Shown here: in pieces, positions 9,962-20,572 of the stretch
How the letters are laid out: each line of letters starts with the position of its first letter
How positions within the stretch are numbered: position 1 is the first letter of the stretch
Source of the DNA: an uncultured archaeon
GTDB taxonomy: Archaea; Thermoproteota; Bathyarchaeia; Bathyarchaeales; Bathycorpusculaceae
Length of the DNA: 64,000 nt
Assembly: GCA_963782915.1 (NCBI GenBank)
Contig: CAWALK010000020.1
Location: forward strand, 224,001 to 288,000
Direction of reading: 5' to 3'
Translations under genes and position numbers: made by a program
Notes under the pieces: model-generated
The model's input: the letters and a program-made list of their open reading frames with translations, nothing else
The model's database searches: none
What the model was told of the DNA's origin: nothing

Positions 9962-12244
9962 TTGCGCGTTAAACTCAACGTTTCGGGTATTGTGCAGGGT
10001 GTTGGTTTTAGGCCTTTCATCTACCGTACCGCCATTAGACATGGCTTGGCAGGGTATGTGCAAAATAGGGGCGATGCCGGAGTTGAGGTGCTGCTTGAAG
10101 GCAACGCGCAAAGTATCGAGCAGTTCATAGATAGTTTAGTTACAGGGAAACCGCCAAGGGCTAAAATAGACCGAATCAAGCGAGTTGAACTCTCAGGCAC
10201 CAACGAATATACAAAATTTACCATTATTCAAAGCTCCCAAGAAGCCGAACACCCCGGCTCCATCATACCACCCGACATCGCCATCTGCAACCAATGCCTC
10301 AAAGAACTCCGAAACCCAAACGATCCCCGCTACAACTACTTCTTCATAACCTGCACCGACTGCGGACCACGCTTCACCATCATCGAGCGGCTACCGTACG
10401 ACCGCGAAAACACAACCATGCGAGAGTTTCCGCTATGCGGTTTTTGCCAAAAAGAGTATGAGGACCCGGCGAATAGGCGGTTTCATGCCCAAACCGTGGC
10501 GTGTCCAACTTGCGGACCCAAAGCATACCTGACTACAGCATCAGGCGAAACAGTAGAAGTCAGTGACCCTGTGCGGGAAGCTGGACGATTGCTCTCCGAA
10601 GGCAGCATATTGGCAGTGAAGGGGTATGGGGGATTCCACATCGCCGCCTCCGCTATCCTTGAAGAGCCGCTTTTGCGGTTAAGGGAATCTAAGCATCGCC
10701 GTGAGAAACCCTTCGCCCTTATGGCGAGGGATTTGGATGCGGCAAAAAGCTTCGGTGAAGTGGGTGCAAAAGAACAGGAACTGCTGACTTCTCCTCAGCG
10801 CCCAATCGTACTGCTCAACAAAAGCAAAAACTATAACCTCTCATCTTTGGTCGCCCCACACCTGCATAACGTCGGCGTCATGCTGCCCTACACGGGGTTG
10901 CACTACATGCTCTTCGACCAAGTCGCGGATACATCGTTTGTTATGACTAGCGCCAACCCGCCCAACCAGCCCATAGTAAAGGACAACGATGCCGCTCTGG
11001 AAATCCTCGGCGGAACAGTCGATTATTTACTGTTTCACAACCGCAAAATAGCCCATAGATGCGACGACTCCGTCATGCGCGTCCACGGCAACCGAGAGGT
11101 ATTTCTCCGCAGAAGCCGAGGATACGCACCCGCTCCAATACGCCTAAAAACTAAGGCTAAACGTTGCGTTGTAGGTTTAGGCGCAGAATTAAACAACACC
11201 TCAACAGTGCTGCTTGACGATAAAGCCTTCATCAGCCAACATATCGGCGACGTAGAAAACATCGAAACCCAAACTTTCCTCCAAGAAGCCACACAGCATC
11301 TCCAGCGCCTAACCAATACCCGCGCTGAGGTAGTTGCCTGTGATTTGCACCCAAAATTTACAACCACTCGCTTAGCCAAAGAAATGGCGGAGTCAGCTGG
11401 GTTGCCGCTTGTTCAAGTCCAGCATCACCATGCACATGCCGCGGCGTTACTGGCGGAGCATGGTTTAGACGAAATTGTAGCGGTAACCTGCGATGGCTAT
11501 GGATATGGTTCTGATGGTGCTGCGTGGGGTGGAGAAATCCTCCATTGCACAAGCACCTCGGCAGGGTTCAGCAGACTTGCTCATTTAGAGCATCAGATGC
11601 TTTTGGGCGGTGACGTGGCAAGTCGGTACCCCCTGCGTTTGGCAGCGGCAATGCTGTCTAAAGCAGGCGTAGACGTTGAAGATTGGCTGCACCAAAACAG
11701 CGGTTTGCTGTCTTATGGTGAAATGGAAGCCGAACTAATCCTAAACCAACTAAAAAAAGGCACAGGAGCAGTTCAAACGACCAGTTGCGGCAGGGTTCTT
11801 GATGGGGTTTCGGCGCTTCTGGGGCTTTGTGAGGTTCGCAGTTATGAGGGTGAACCCGCCATGAAACTGGAATCAGCGGCGCTGTCTGGCAAAGATGTTT
11901 TGAAGCTTGAACCGCAAATTTACGGCAATATCTTGGGTACCTCTTTCTTGCTTAAGGCAGTCTATGAGAATTTAGGCAAGGTTTCTGTTGCAGACTTAGC
12001 CCACTCAGCCCACGTCTACATAGCTAAGGGTCTTGCAGCTTTAGCAATCGAACAAGCCCAAGATCAGGGCACAAAAAATGTGGGTTTCACAGGCGGCGCA
12101 GCCTGCAACCAACTCCTCGCCCAAATCATCCGAGAAGCCATCGAATCAGCCGGACTACAATTCTATGTTCACGAATCGGTTCCGGCAGGCGACGGCGGAA
12201 TCTCATTTGGACAGGCAATTGTCGCATCAAATTCGTCTTTCTAG
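9962..12244 (+). CDS. hypF: Carbamoyltransferase HypF
   Basis: Acylphosphatase GIVQGVGFRPF, two CxxC zinc fingers, QHHHAH, GDGGISFGQ. Confidence 0.97.
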   Translation: MRVKLNVSGIVQGVGFRPFIYRTAIRHGLAGYVQNRGDAGVEVLLEGNAQSIEQFIDSLVTGKPPRAKIDRIKRVELSGTNEYTKFTIIQSSQEAEHPGSIIPPDIAICNQCLKELRNPNDPRYNYFFITCTDCGPRFTIIERLPYDRENTTMREFPLCGFCQKEYEDPANRRFHAQTVACPTCGPKAYLTTASGETVEVSDPVREAGRLLSEGSILAVKGYGGFHIAASAILEEPLLRLRESKHRREKPFALMARDLDAAKSFGEVGAKEQELLTSPQRPIVLLNKSKNYNLSSLVAPHLHNVGVMLPYTGLHYMLFDQVADTSFVMTSANPPNQPIVKDNDAALEILGGTVDYLLFHNRKIAHRCDDSVMRVHGNREVFLRRSRGYAPAPIRLKTKAKRCVVGLGAELNNTSTVLLDDKAFISQHIGDVENIETQTFLQEATQHLQRLTNTRAEVVACDLHPKFTTTRLAKEMAESAGLPLVQVQHHHAHAAALLAEHGLDEIVAVTCDGYGYGSDGAAWGGEILHCTSTSAGFSRLAHLEHQMLLGGDVASRYPLRLAAAMLSKAGVDVEDWLHQNSGLLSYGEMEAELILNQLKKGTGAVQTTSCGRVLDGVSALLGLCEVRSYEGEPAMKLESAALSGKDVLKLEPQIYGNILGTSFLLKAVYENLGKVSVADLAHSAHVYIAKGLAALAIEQAQDQGTKNVGFTGGAACNQLLAQIIREAIESAGLQFYVHESVPAGDGGISFGQAIVASNSSF

Positions 12245-12295
12245 ACCAAACTGCTTTTATCGCCCAAAAACCCCTTTTTTAGTTATCTGATACTT

Positions 12296-12523
12296 ATGTG
12301 CCTAGCAATTCCAGCAAAAATCATGACGTTGGAAGGAGAAAAAGCCCAAGTTGATTTTGGACAGGGCGTATTGCGAGACGTTAACGTGTCGCTTGTTGAG
12401 GTTAAACTCGGCGAATACGTGCTTGTGCATGCAGGTTACGCAATTCAGGTTTTGGAAGAGAAAGAGGCGCTGGAGACTTTGAGCCTCTGGAATGACATTT
12501 TAGCCCAAGCGGGCGAAGAATAA
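12296..12523 (+). CDS. hypC: Hydrogenase maturation chaperone HypC
   Basis: MCLAIPA...GEYVLVHAGYAI. Confidence 0.97.
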   Translation: MCLAIPAKIMTLEGEKAQVDFGQGVLRDVNVSLVEVKLGEYVLVHAGYAIQVLEEKEALETLSLWNDILAQAGEE

Positions 12524-12536
12524 CCGAGGCATCAGC

Positions 12537-13629
12537 ATGGCTGAGAACATGCGTTTTAGAAACCCCGAGGTAGCGCATACTATTGCACAGAAAATCCGTG
12601 ACGTTGCACCCAAGAAGGGGCAAGTTAAGATTTGTCATGTCTGCGGAACCCACGAATGGACCATAACCCATTTTGGATTGCGCAGTTTACTTGCCAGAAA
12701 ACGTTGAAGTCATTGCCGGACCAGGGTGTCCAGTTTGTATTGTGCCCGCCGCTGAAATCGACGAAGCCGTGCAACTGGCAAAACAGGGCAAAATCATAAC
12801 CTGCTTTGGCGACGTCTTACGCGTACCAGGCAGCGAATCCTCGCTTCTAGAAGCCAAAGCAGCAGGAGCAGACGTCAGAATCGTCTATGCGCTCTCTGAT
12901 GCGGTGGAAATGGCTAAAAAGGAACGTGAAAAAGAGTTTGTATTCTCAGCCGTTGGATTCGAAACAACCGCACCAATCACCGCCGTCGAAGCCTTAGGTG
13001 ATTTGCCTGAAAATTTCAGTTTCTTGGTTTCCCATCGCCTCATCCCACCCGCCATGGAGTTATTGTTGGGTGTTGAGGATTTGCAGATTGACGGATTCAT
13101 CGCACCCGGACATGTAAGCGCCATAATAGGCTTAAAACCCTACGAGTTATTCACCAAAGTCTACCGAATGCCAACCGTCGTCGCAGGCTTCGAACCCAAC
13201 GACGTGTTAATGTCCATCTACATGATACTAAAACAGCACAGCACAAGCGAAGCAGAATTAGAGAATGAATATTCACGTGTAGTGAAGCCAGAGGGCAACA
13301 AGAAAGCGTTAGAAGTTATGCGTAGAGCCTTCAAAGTTACGGCTGGCAACTGGCGTGGCATCGGGCGACTCGACGATTCAGCATTAGCCCTAAAAGACTC
13401 GCTCGCAGAGTTTGATGCACGCAAAAAATATAGCCTCAAAGAAACGCAAGGAAAAGACATCCAAACCGGCTGCCAATGCCACCAAGTCATAGTCGGCAAA
13501 ATCAAACCCAACCAATGCCCCCTGTTCCTAAAAGCCTGCACCCCAGCCAAACCCGTCGGAGCCTGCATGGTCAGCAGCGAAGGAACCTGCCGTGTCTGGG
13601 CAAAAAACGTCGCCGCAAACACAGCTTAA
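12537..13629 (+). CDS. hypD: Hydrogenase maturation protein HypD (frameshift near 12690)
   Basis: ICHVCGTHE upstream of the indel; GPGCPVC, GFETT, PGHVS, GACMVSSEGTC. Confidence 0.95.
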
Positions 13630-13630
13630 C

Positions 13631-13939
13631 TTATTTTTTGAATTCCACAACTATGAGCTCGGCAGTTGTGTTGCCCGTGTTTGTAGCTTCATGGTCCTGT
13701 GCTTTTAAGAAAACTACTGAACCATCCGTTAAATTCATCTCGTCAGTTTTACCGGCTGAGGTTAACCTTAAGCGTCCGCCTTTTATGACATAAGCCATGT
13801 GGTCTGGGTGATGATGCATTTTTGCTGTATCGCCCGGTTTGAAGGTTGCTTTGAAGACTCTGGCGTTATCGTTTTCGTTTAGCAGTTTGTATACGTTGGA
13901 TGCTGTGGCCAGTGGGTCGTTGCGGTCTATGCTTTGCAT
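13631..13939 (-). CDS. Cupin domain protein
   Basis: FKPGDTAKMHHHPDH...HEATNTG...IVVEFK. Confidence 0.85.
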   Translation of the reverse strand: MQSIDRNDPLATASNVYKLLNENDNARVFKATFKPGDTAKMHHHPDHMAYVIKGGRLRLTSAGKTDEMNLTDGSVVFLKAQDHEATNTGNTTAELIVVEFKK

Positions 13940-13980
13940 GAATTCACCTCCACAAAACGCTCGCTAAAAAAAGTTAGGGT

Positions 13981-14082
13981 TTAGTGGCAGCAGCCATGTT
14001 TCTCTTCTTTTTTTGTCTTCACAAACAATGCTAATCCAAGGGCAGCCATGGCGAAGCCAACGGTTGCTATATGCAACCCCAT
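13981..14082 (-). CDS. 33-aa membrane peptide ending in HGCCH (not in ORF track)
   Basis: MGLHIATVGFAMAALGLALFVKTKKEEKHGCCH*; GGAGA upstream; co-oriented directly before the cupin. Confidence 0.6.
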   Translation of the reverse strand: MGLHIATVGFAMAALGLALFVKTKKEEKHGCCH

Positions 14083-14269
14083 ATACTTTTTATATTCTCC
14101 CAAAAACAATTCACCATCTTAGAAGGCAAGGAAAATTGCTTATAAAGTTGTGTTGTTTCCCCATGAAGCAGCGAAAGATCACTAAATATTTAATGCGCTT
14201 AATTCAGGAGGAAGCATAAAAGCCCAAATCCATAAAATGGCTGGGTTGAAGCCAAAAAACTCTGGCGGT

Positions 14270-14488
14270 TTATCTTATTGCTTCATCAATTATTTGATTT
14301 CGTTTTGTACTCGTAACTTCCTTGAAAAGTTCCAAGCACTCTTCTTTAGTTGGCGCTTCAATGGATATGCTGCCGTAAGCACCGATATCAATTCGATAGT
14401 TTCTGTCTCTTCCTCTTCGTTCCATTTCTTCAAGTTGTGCTATTTTATTTTCCCCTCTCGAAATTAATGTAAACATACTATGCACCAT
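14270..14488 (-). CDS. Small hypothetical protein
   Basis: 72-aa ORF (start may be later), protein-like composition. Confidence 0.45.
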   Translation of the reverse strand: MVHSMFTLISRGENKIAQLEEMERRGRDRNYRIDIGAYGSISIEAPTKEECLELFKEVTSTKRNQIIDEAIR

Positions 14489-14579
14489 GTATTATATTCT
14501 TAATGTCTTTTGAGCGGTTCATTAATTTCTAGGGCTAACACTGTATCAATTTAATCAAATTAACGGTAACTGGTTAACT

Positions 14580-14679
14580 TAGAGAGAGGTGAAAAGAGGC
14601 TTAAACGCAAGTAAGGGAAATTGGAAGAGAGAGGGGAAACCTGCGTTTAAGCTGGCTTTTCACTTCGCTTATCTACACT
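14580..14679 (-). ncRNA. Candidate rod-shaped sRNA with CU-rich loop
   Basis: Stems 14586-96/14656-66 and 14599-609/14642-52; TTATAT box at ~14696-14701 on the minus strand. Confidence 0.45.
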
Positions 14680-14740
14680 ATGTCCCATATGAATGATATA
14701 ATGCGATGTGACTGCCTCAAGACAACAACAAACTTCGGGT

Positions 14741-15061
14741 TTAGTGTTGCATGGATTGAGCAATTTTCCAGGGTCTGATAACGCCGGGGTTATCCCAGTA
14801 TGCACAGCACATGCGAACGGTAACGAACATTTTTATGGCTTCGTTGTTGCAGAATTTTTTGTCCGATGCATCGGTTTTTGATCCGCCGGGCAGGGTTATT
14901 AAATCGGCTTCCTGCGCTCTTTTCATATCATCTTGATTTTTTGGGTCAAGGCCGCCTTGTGTGTTGAGTTCTGTTTGGTTGGTTGGTTCCCCATTTTTTG
15001 ATATGTAGAGGCAGTTATAGCAGTTGGTTCCCATAATCTTCTGTTTTTCCAAAGAAAACAT
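14741..15061 (-). CDS. Cys-rich hypothetical protein (CxxC...C...CC)
   Basis: NCYNC ... FCN ... RMCCAYWD; GGAGG RBS. Confidence 0.65.
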   Translation of the reverse strand: MFSLEKQKIMGTNCYNCLYISKNGEPTNQTELNTQGGLDPKNQDDMKRAQEADLITLPGGSKTDASDKKFCNNEAIKMFVTVRMCCAYWDNPGVIRPWKIAQSMQH

Positions 15062-15095
15062 CCTCCAAGAAATTAATTGTGTTTAGAATTGAATT

Positions 15096-15223
15096 GCCAA
15101 GTTGAGTCTAAACCCTAAGCAGACATCCTAACCGATTCAGCACACACCCAAGACACCGAAGTGCCCCAGGCTGTTACTAGCTTCAGCTTGGATACCACAG
15201 TAAGGCGTGTTCCTCAACTTGAC
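15096..15223 (-). ncRNA. Candidate structured 5' leader RNA (riboswitch-like), family unknown
   Basis: 11-bp closing stem, 7-bp inner stem, cUUCGg hairpin; G-U pairs work only on the minus strand. Confidence 0.6.
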
Positions 15224-15288
15224 ATCACAATGCAGACTCCACATTGAATTTAATCGTTTGTTGGCACACCCTGTAATTATCAATTAGC

Positions 15289-16905
15289 CTAACGTATAGT
15301 TTGGAAAACGAAAACCCGGTATGGCGTGGCTCCGAAGGTTTCTGCTAAGGTGAAATTGCCGCTTGAAACAACAATATCCGTGATGCTTTGGGCTGTGAAT
15401 GTTGAGTTGAAGTAGTTGTAGCCTGTGTTCTCGTCCAGCATCAAGTATTTTACGTGGTTCTGTTGGCAGAGATATGTAACTTCTGTTATGTTGAAGTCCA
15501 TCGGATAGGAATCCGGCGGCAGAGTTGGGTATTGAATTAAGGTGTTGTTTTTGCCTTCGTTTGCGTTTAGGTAGAATTTGAGGACGTTTATGTTGAGGTT
15601 GTTTATGGGGCACAACACCAAAATCGAATCCGACCCATTGATTCGTTGGGCGGCGTAGTGTGTTGCTTCGGGCAGAGGTATGTAAACGGTTTCGTTAGCA
15701 ACCCACTGCTGGGCTTCAACTACGCTGTAGATTGCCGCAGAAGCGGTCAATGCAATGAGGCATCCCGCAAGAACCTTGCCCAGCAGCTTCCTATTAGCGG
15801 GGGTATTGGCGTTTTTCCAGTAGTGCTCTGCTTTGCCGTATAGTGCAGCTACAAAAGAGGCGCCGGCAACCGCCACCACCGGATAAAGCGGCAAAACATA
15901 ACGCCAAGTCCGAGAAGCAATCAAAGTAAAAAACACATAAATCACAAGCAGCCAGACAAGAAAAAACCTGTCCGCCGGCTTTCGCCGCAGAGCAAACAAG
16001 CCAATCCCAAGCGCACCCAAAACAAAGATGCCAATCGAGATGGGATGGGCAAACGCTATTCCCGGAAATGTTGACTCGATTATGTAGAAGATGGGTATGG
16101 GGAATCTGATGCTGTAAATGTTGGCTTGTGCATCATTGATTTGGAGTAGGCTTAGCCATGGTGCTATTCCTCCCGAAACCGTCAATGCAGCCAACACTGG
16201 AATGACGATGGCTGCTACGCCTACAAGGAAGAGTGTAAAGCGTGAGAGCTTAGGCTTAAACTCTGCATGGTAAAGCAGCAACGGCAAACTAATTGCAATA
16301 ATCAGTCCTGCAAGGAGCGCCGGATACTTTATCAAAAAAGCGCAGCCCAACATCAAACCACAAAACACAATCATCTTGTCTTTGCCCGAATGGATCCACT
16401 CAAGAAACAGCCAAAACGCGGCAACCAAGAAAAACATAAGCGCAACCTCCAAAATCGACAACCGAGCAACCCAAATGAACCCTGGCATAACAGCCAAAAA
16501 AATGCAAGACAAGAAAGCAACCCTTCGGTTATATGCTTTTGAGGCAAGTTTAAACAAAACAACCAGGGTTAAGAGCGCAAAAACTACCGAGACAAACCTT
16601 CCAACCCATAAACTGGCACCAAATGCAGTGAAAACTCCCGCAGTTACTATGTCAAACAAGGGCGGATAGAACGTAGTCGCCAAATACTCCGAGATTCGCC
16701 CCTGAGAAAGCAACAAAGCACCATACAAATGTGGGGTTTCATCCCAAAGGATGCTCTTAAACGCCAAATCAAAAGACAACAGCACAGCACAGGCAACGAT
16801 GAAGAGCAGGAAAAGCAGTTCCCACCTTCCAAGCCGTCGCAGTCGAGTGCTGATTTGAGAGAGCATCATATTACCTGTTAAGCCTAAAAAATGGGGCGAC
16901 GGCAT
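15289..16905 (-). CDS. GT-C glycosyltransferase (ArnT/PMT, family 39/83-like)
   Basis: WDETPH, YPPLF, KYP, RYVLP and many TM segments. Confidence 0.85.
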   Translation of the reverse strand: MPSPHFLGLTGNMMLSQISTRLRRLGRWELLFLLFIVACAVLLSFDLAFKSILWDETPHLYGALLLSQGRISEYLATTFYPPLFDIVTAGVFTAFGASLWVGRFVSVVFALLTLVVLFKLASKAYNRRVAFLSCIFLAVMPGFIWVARLSILEVALMFFLVAAFWLFLEWIHSGKDKMIVFCGLMLGCAFLIKYPALLAGLIIAISLPLLLYHAEFKPKLSRFTLFLVGVAAIVIPVLAALTVSGGIAPWLSLLQINDAQANIYSIRFPIPIFYIIESTFPGIAFAHPISIGIFVLGALGIGLFALRRKPADRFFLVWLLVIYVFFTLIASRTWRYVLPLYPVVAVAGASFVAALYGKAEHYWKNANTPANRKLLGKVLAGCLIALTASAAIYSVVEAQQWVANETVYIPLPEATHYAAQRINGSDSILVLCPINNLNINVLKFYLNANEGKNNTLIQYPTLPPDSYPMDFNITEVTYLCQQNHVKYLMLDENTGYNYFNSTFTAQSITDIVVSSGNFTLAETFGATPYRVFVFQTIR

Positions 16906-16935
16906 TTATAATTTTGCAGACAGCCGCAGTTTTGC

Positions 16936-18001
16936 TTAGCAGATTCTTGGTACTGGGTCGCCGACTGGTCGCGCAATTATTCTTTTGCCGCCAACCAGCG
17001 TCTGCATCGCTACGCCACGGAATTGTGTGGTGGCTTCGCCGATTATCTGTGCTTCTTTACCCTGGGGTGTTTGCCTCAGAAACTCTAAGGCTTCCTCTGC
17101 CTTTTCGGGAACAACGCCGATGATGAGTTTGCCTTCGTTGCCGATTTCAAGGGGGTCTAATCCGAGCATTTCGCAGGCGGTTTGTACGTCTGGGTGGATG
17201 GGGACTTTGTCTTCGTATGTTAATATGCCAACGTGGGATTTTTCGGTCCATTCGTTGAGGGCATCTGCTAAGCCGCCGCGGGTGGGGTCTTTCATGGCAA
17301 CTACTCCCCCGACTTCACCCAATAGTCGCTGCACCATTTTGTTGAGGGGTTTCACATCAGATTTGATTTCGCTGCCAAACTTTAGCCCCTGCTGAGCTGA
17401 GAGCACGGCAATTCCGTGGTCGCCGATGGCGCCTGTAAGAATGATTTTGTCGCCTACCGCTATGTTGGAGTCGAGTGTCCAGCGGGCTTTAAGCTCCCGA
17501 GTTTTCCTGACAACTTCGAGGTTGCTGTCTAAGGCTGCGGTGCGTTTGCCGATGCCTGAAACGTTCATGACTAAGCCACCCAAGGCGCCTTTCTCGACAA
17601 CTTTGGTGTCGCCTGTGACGATGCCAACGTCTGCTTCAAGGCATGCTTCCCGCATGCTGGCGAGCACCCGCTCTAAATCTGAAATCAGCAACCCCTCTTC
17701 CAAGATGAGCCCGCATGCTAATGCAAACGGCTGTGCACCCAAACAACGAAATGTCGTTTACTGTGCCCGAAATGGCGATTCTGCCGATGTCGCCGCCTGG
17801 GAAAAATATGGGCTTCACCGCATGAGAATCACTCTTAAACACCACATCACCCACGACTGCCGCGTCATCCATAGCTTCGAGTGGGACTTCTGCGTTGGCG
17901 ATGCCGCCGAAGGCTTTAACGACGTAGTTTTTGACTAAGTCATGCATGACTGTGCCGCCTGCGCCATGCAGCATAGTGATCTTCTCATTTTTTGATGCCA
18001 T
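16936..18001 (-). CDS. hypE: Hydrogenase maturation protein HypE (frameshift near 17745)
   Basis: MLHGAGG, GGDIGRIAISGTVND, GDTKVV, DPTRGGL, C-terminal PRIC. Confidence 0.95.
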
Positions 18002-18149
18002 TGTGGTTGCTCCTAAAGGGTAAAATAGGAAGGTTAAAAGTGAAACATAAACAAATCGCACCATGAATACAAACTGTGTATGGTATCCAATAATTTTTTA
18101 TAACAAAGCCACTCGAATATACGGAAGAGTAAATCGAGGCAGAACTAAC

Positions 18150-18590
18150 ATGGCTAATCAACAAGTAAGTAACCCGCCCAGTGCAGCTTATTACCTGACA
18201 CTAATCGGCGGCATATTAGGCGTAATAGTTGGAATATTCTTAATCTTCATCCTCGTCGGCGTCTGGATAATAATTGCAAACGTCCTGATGATTATTTATG
18301 CACAACGTATCCTGGCTCAACCAACAGAACATTCACACTATGGAACCTACATCATAATACTATCAATACTTTCAGGATTGAACCTCTTATGCTTGATCGG
18401 AGGCATACTCGCAGTAACATACCAACCAATGCCCACTCTGGCAGCGTCACAACCTTACCAAACAACCGCACCCTACACACAGCCAACAGGGTATGCCTAT
18501 GCATCCACCAAGTATTGCCCACAATGCGGTAACGCAGTCGGCGGAGAAGCCCAATTTTGCCCAAAATGCGGCAAAAAACTCTCCCCATAA
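18150..18590 (+). CDS. Membrane protein with C-terminal zinc ribbon
   Basis: TM segments then CPQCG...FCPKCGKKL. Confidence 0.75.
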   Translation: MANQQVSNPPSAAYYLTLIGGILGVIVGIFLIFILVGVWIIIANVLMIIYAQRILAQPTEHSHYGTYIIILSILSGLNLLCLIGGILAVTYQPMPTLAASQPYQTTAPYTQPTGYAYASTKYCPQCGNAVGGEAQFCPKCGKKLSP

Positions 18591-18602
18591 ACCTTTTTAA
18601 TT

Positions 18603-19026
18603 TTAGAGCTTCCCTCTAAGCTGCGCCCTAACCGTTTCAAAACAGAACCCAACAGCACAAACCGCAATAACCACCGCAGCAAAAAAATAACCACTCGTCA
18701 ACACAACAGGTCTAAAAAAAGCCAAATCAACCACAAGCCCAATAACCGCAAAAATTGCGTAGAAAAGATACCGCGGCACAAAATAGCGGCTAATTTTTAT
18801 GGTATCTTCCAAAATAACTCTGTCAACAACGTAATCTTCCGTTTTCCCGCTTTATCAACCCAGCGTCTTCAAGTTTTGCGAGATGATAAACCGCCAGTGA
18901 AGGCGAACTCAAATTTAGTGCTCTTTGAACTTCGCGGGTTCCCTGAGGTTTGCCTTTTTTGAGTAGGTAACGGTAGATTTCAAGTGTTGTTCCCTTGAGT
19001 ACATCTTCCGCTTTATCCGACCCCAT
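18603..19026 (-). CDS. Winged-helix regulator with C-terminal TM helices (frameshift near 18830)
   Basis: LKGTTLEIYRYLL...GTREVQRALNLSSPSLAVYHLAKLEDAGLI joined to the ISRYFVPRYLFYA TM fragment. Confidence 0.75.
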
Positions 19027-19186
19027 GGTATACCATCGTTCTTTTTCCAGTAGGGTTGGGTCTGATTTAAGCGCATCCATGTTCAAGAGTTTAGAACGGT
19101 TCCATGGGGGTTAAGCAGAGGTGTTCAAAACTGTAGAATTAAGTATGCACTTACCCATTGGCATATTAATTTGTTGAAGTGACCCT

Positions 19187-20572
19187 ATGAGCGCACAAAA
19201 AAACAAAACAATCATCGCCATAACTCTCGCAATGATAGCCGTTTTTCTTTTGGGCGGAGTAAGCTTTACCTTTTTTCCATCCCAAACAGCCAACCTCTAC
19301 ACTTTCTCCTCAGATGCGCATAATGTCGGACGCTCCAAGCATTCCAACAATCCTAGTCTCAGCACATATCATGTGGAACAGACCCATCCATGCTGACTCC
19401 AAGCTACTATTTCGTAATAACCCGATATTAACCCACTAGATACCATTAGCCATTCGATACCGATGGAAAGCATAAACTCCACAAACACGCCCATTCGTTA
19501 GAAATGGCAATATCTACACACAGACAAGTGACATTTTCAATCAAACAATCCTAATCCAGAAAGATAACATTGTTTTTGACGGTGCAATCACATTTTCAGG
19601 GCAACGTTTACAGCGACTTTCTGCGCTCAAAGACGGATAGAAATCCAGTAAACGTCAACATGGTAACGTAACAATCAAAAACTTCAACATTAGCTAATTC
19701 TTTCAGGGTATAATCGGTGCAAAATTCTGCACAAACCTGACTATTGAAAACAATAACTTAACCATACGGATAGCAATACGGCATACCGTAACTTCTGACG
19801 TCAACAATACTAAGGAAATAATCAGGCAACAGCTTCTCAACAATACTCCAACAGCTAATAACATTCTCAACCACTGGCAATAATGCGTTATGCAGAAACA
19901 ATGTAATTTCCAAAAACAGCATTATCGGAGCTTACAACGGAATATTCGCCAATTCCGTTTATAGCACTTTAGTTTCCGAAAACATGATGATGTCGATGTA
20001 AAAATCCCCATCTATGCATAGGATAAAACGCTCAAATCACAAACAACCAACTCTTCGACGGCGAAAACGCAATCACATCGACTCCTACGAGCACAGTAAC
20101 CGGCAACTATTATCTCAAATTTCAGAAGGCATATTCCTCAGTGGCGTTCAGAGCAGTCTATACCCAAAACACTGTCGCAAACTGTACCTATCCCATTGCC
20201 CTTTCTGGGTCAAACGATCCCTATCCCCTTGATAACAACACACTTCTATCATAACAACTTCATCAACTACACCCAGCCCTTATCGGCTCATCGAAATGCC
20301 TTCACTTTCGCTAATCAAATTGGGATAACGGTATGGAAGGCAACTTTTGGAGCAGCTACAGTGGCACCGACTGCAACGGCGATGGTATAGGCGACACTGG
20401 ATATGTTTTAGCTGGGAACTGTACTGATCGGTATCCGTTGATGCAGCCGTATGTGGCGCAATCACCTGATCTTGAAATGGGTCAATGGTTTTTTGTTGCG
20501 GCGGCGGTTGCTGCAGCTATAGGCGTAGTTGTGGTGGTCTTGGTTTACGCGAGGTTTAGAGGTCACCGTTAA
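19187..20572 (+). pseudogene. NosD/parallel beta-helix surface protein, heavily frameshifted (error-rich or decayed)
   Basis: Signal peptide, IQKDNIVFDG, FYHNNFIN, GNFWSSYSGTDCNGDGIGDTGY...DRYPLM, C-terminal TM. Confidence 0.75.
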
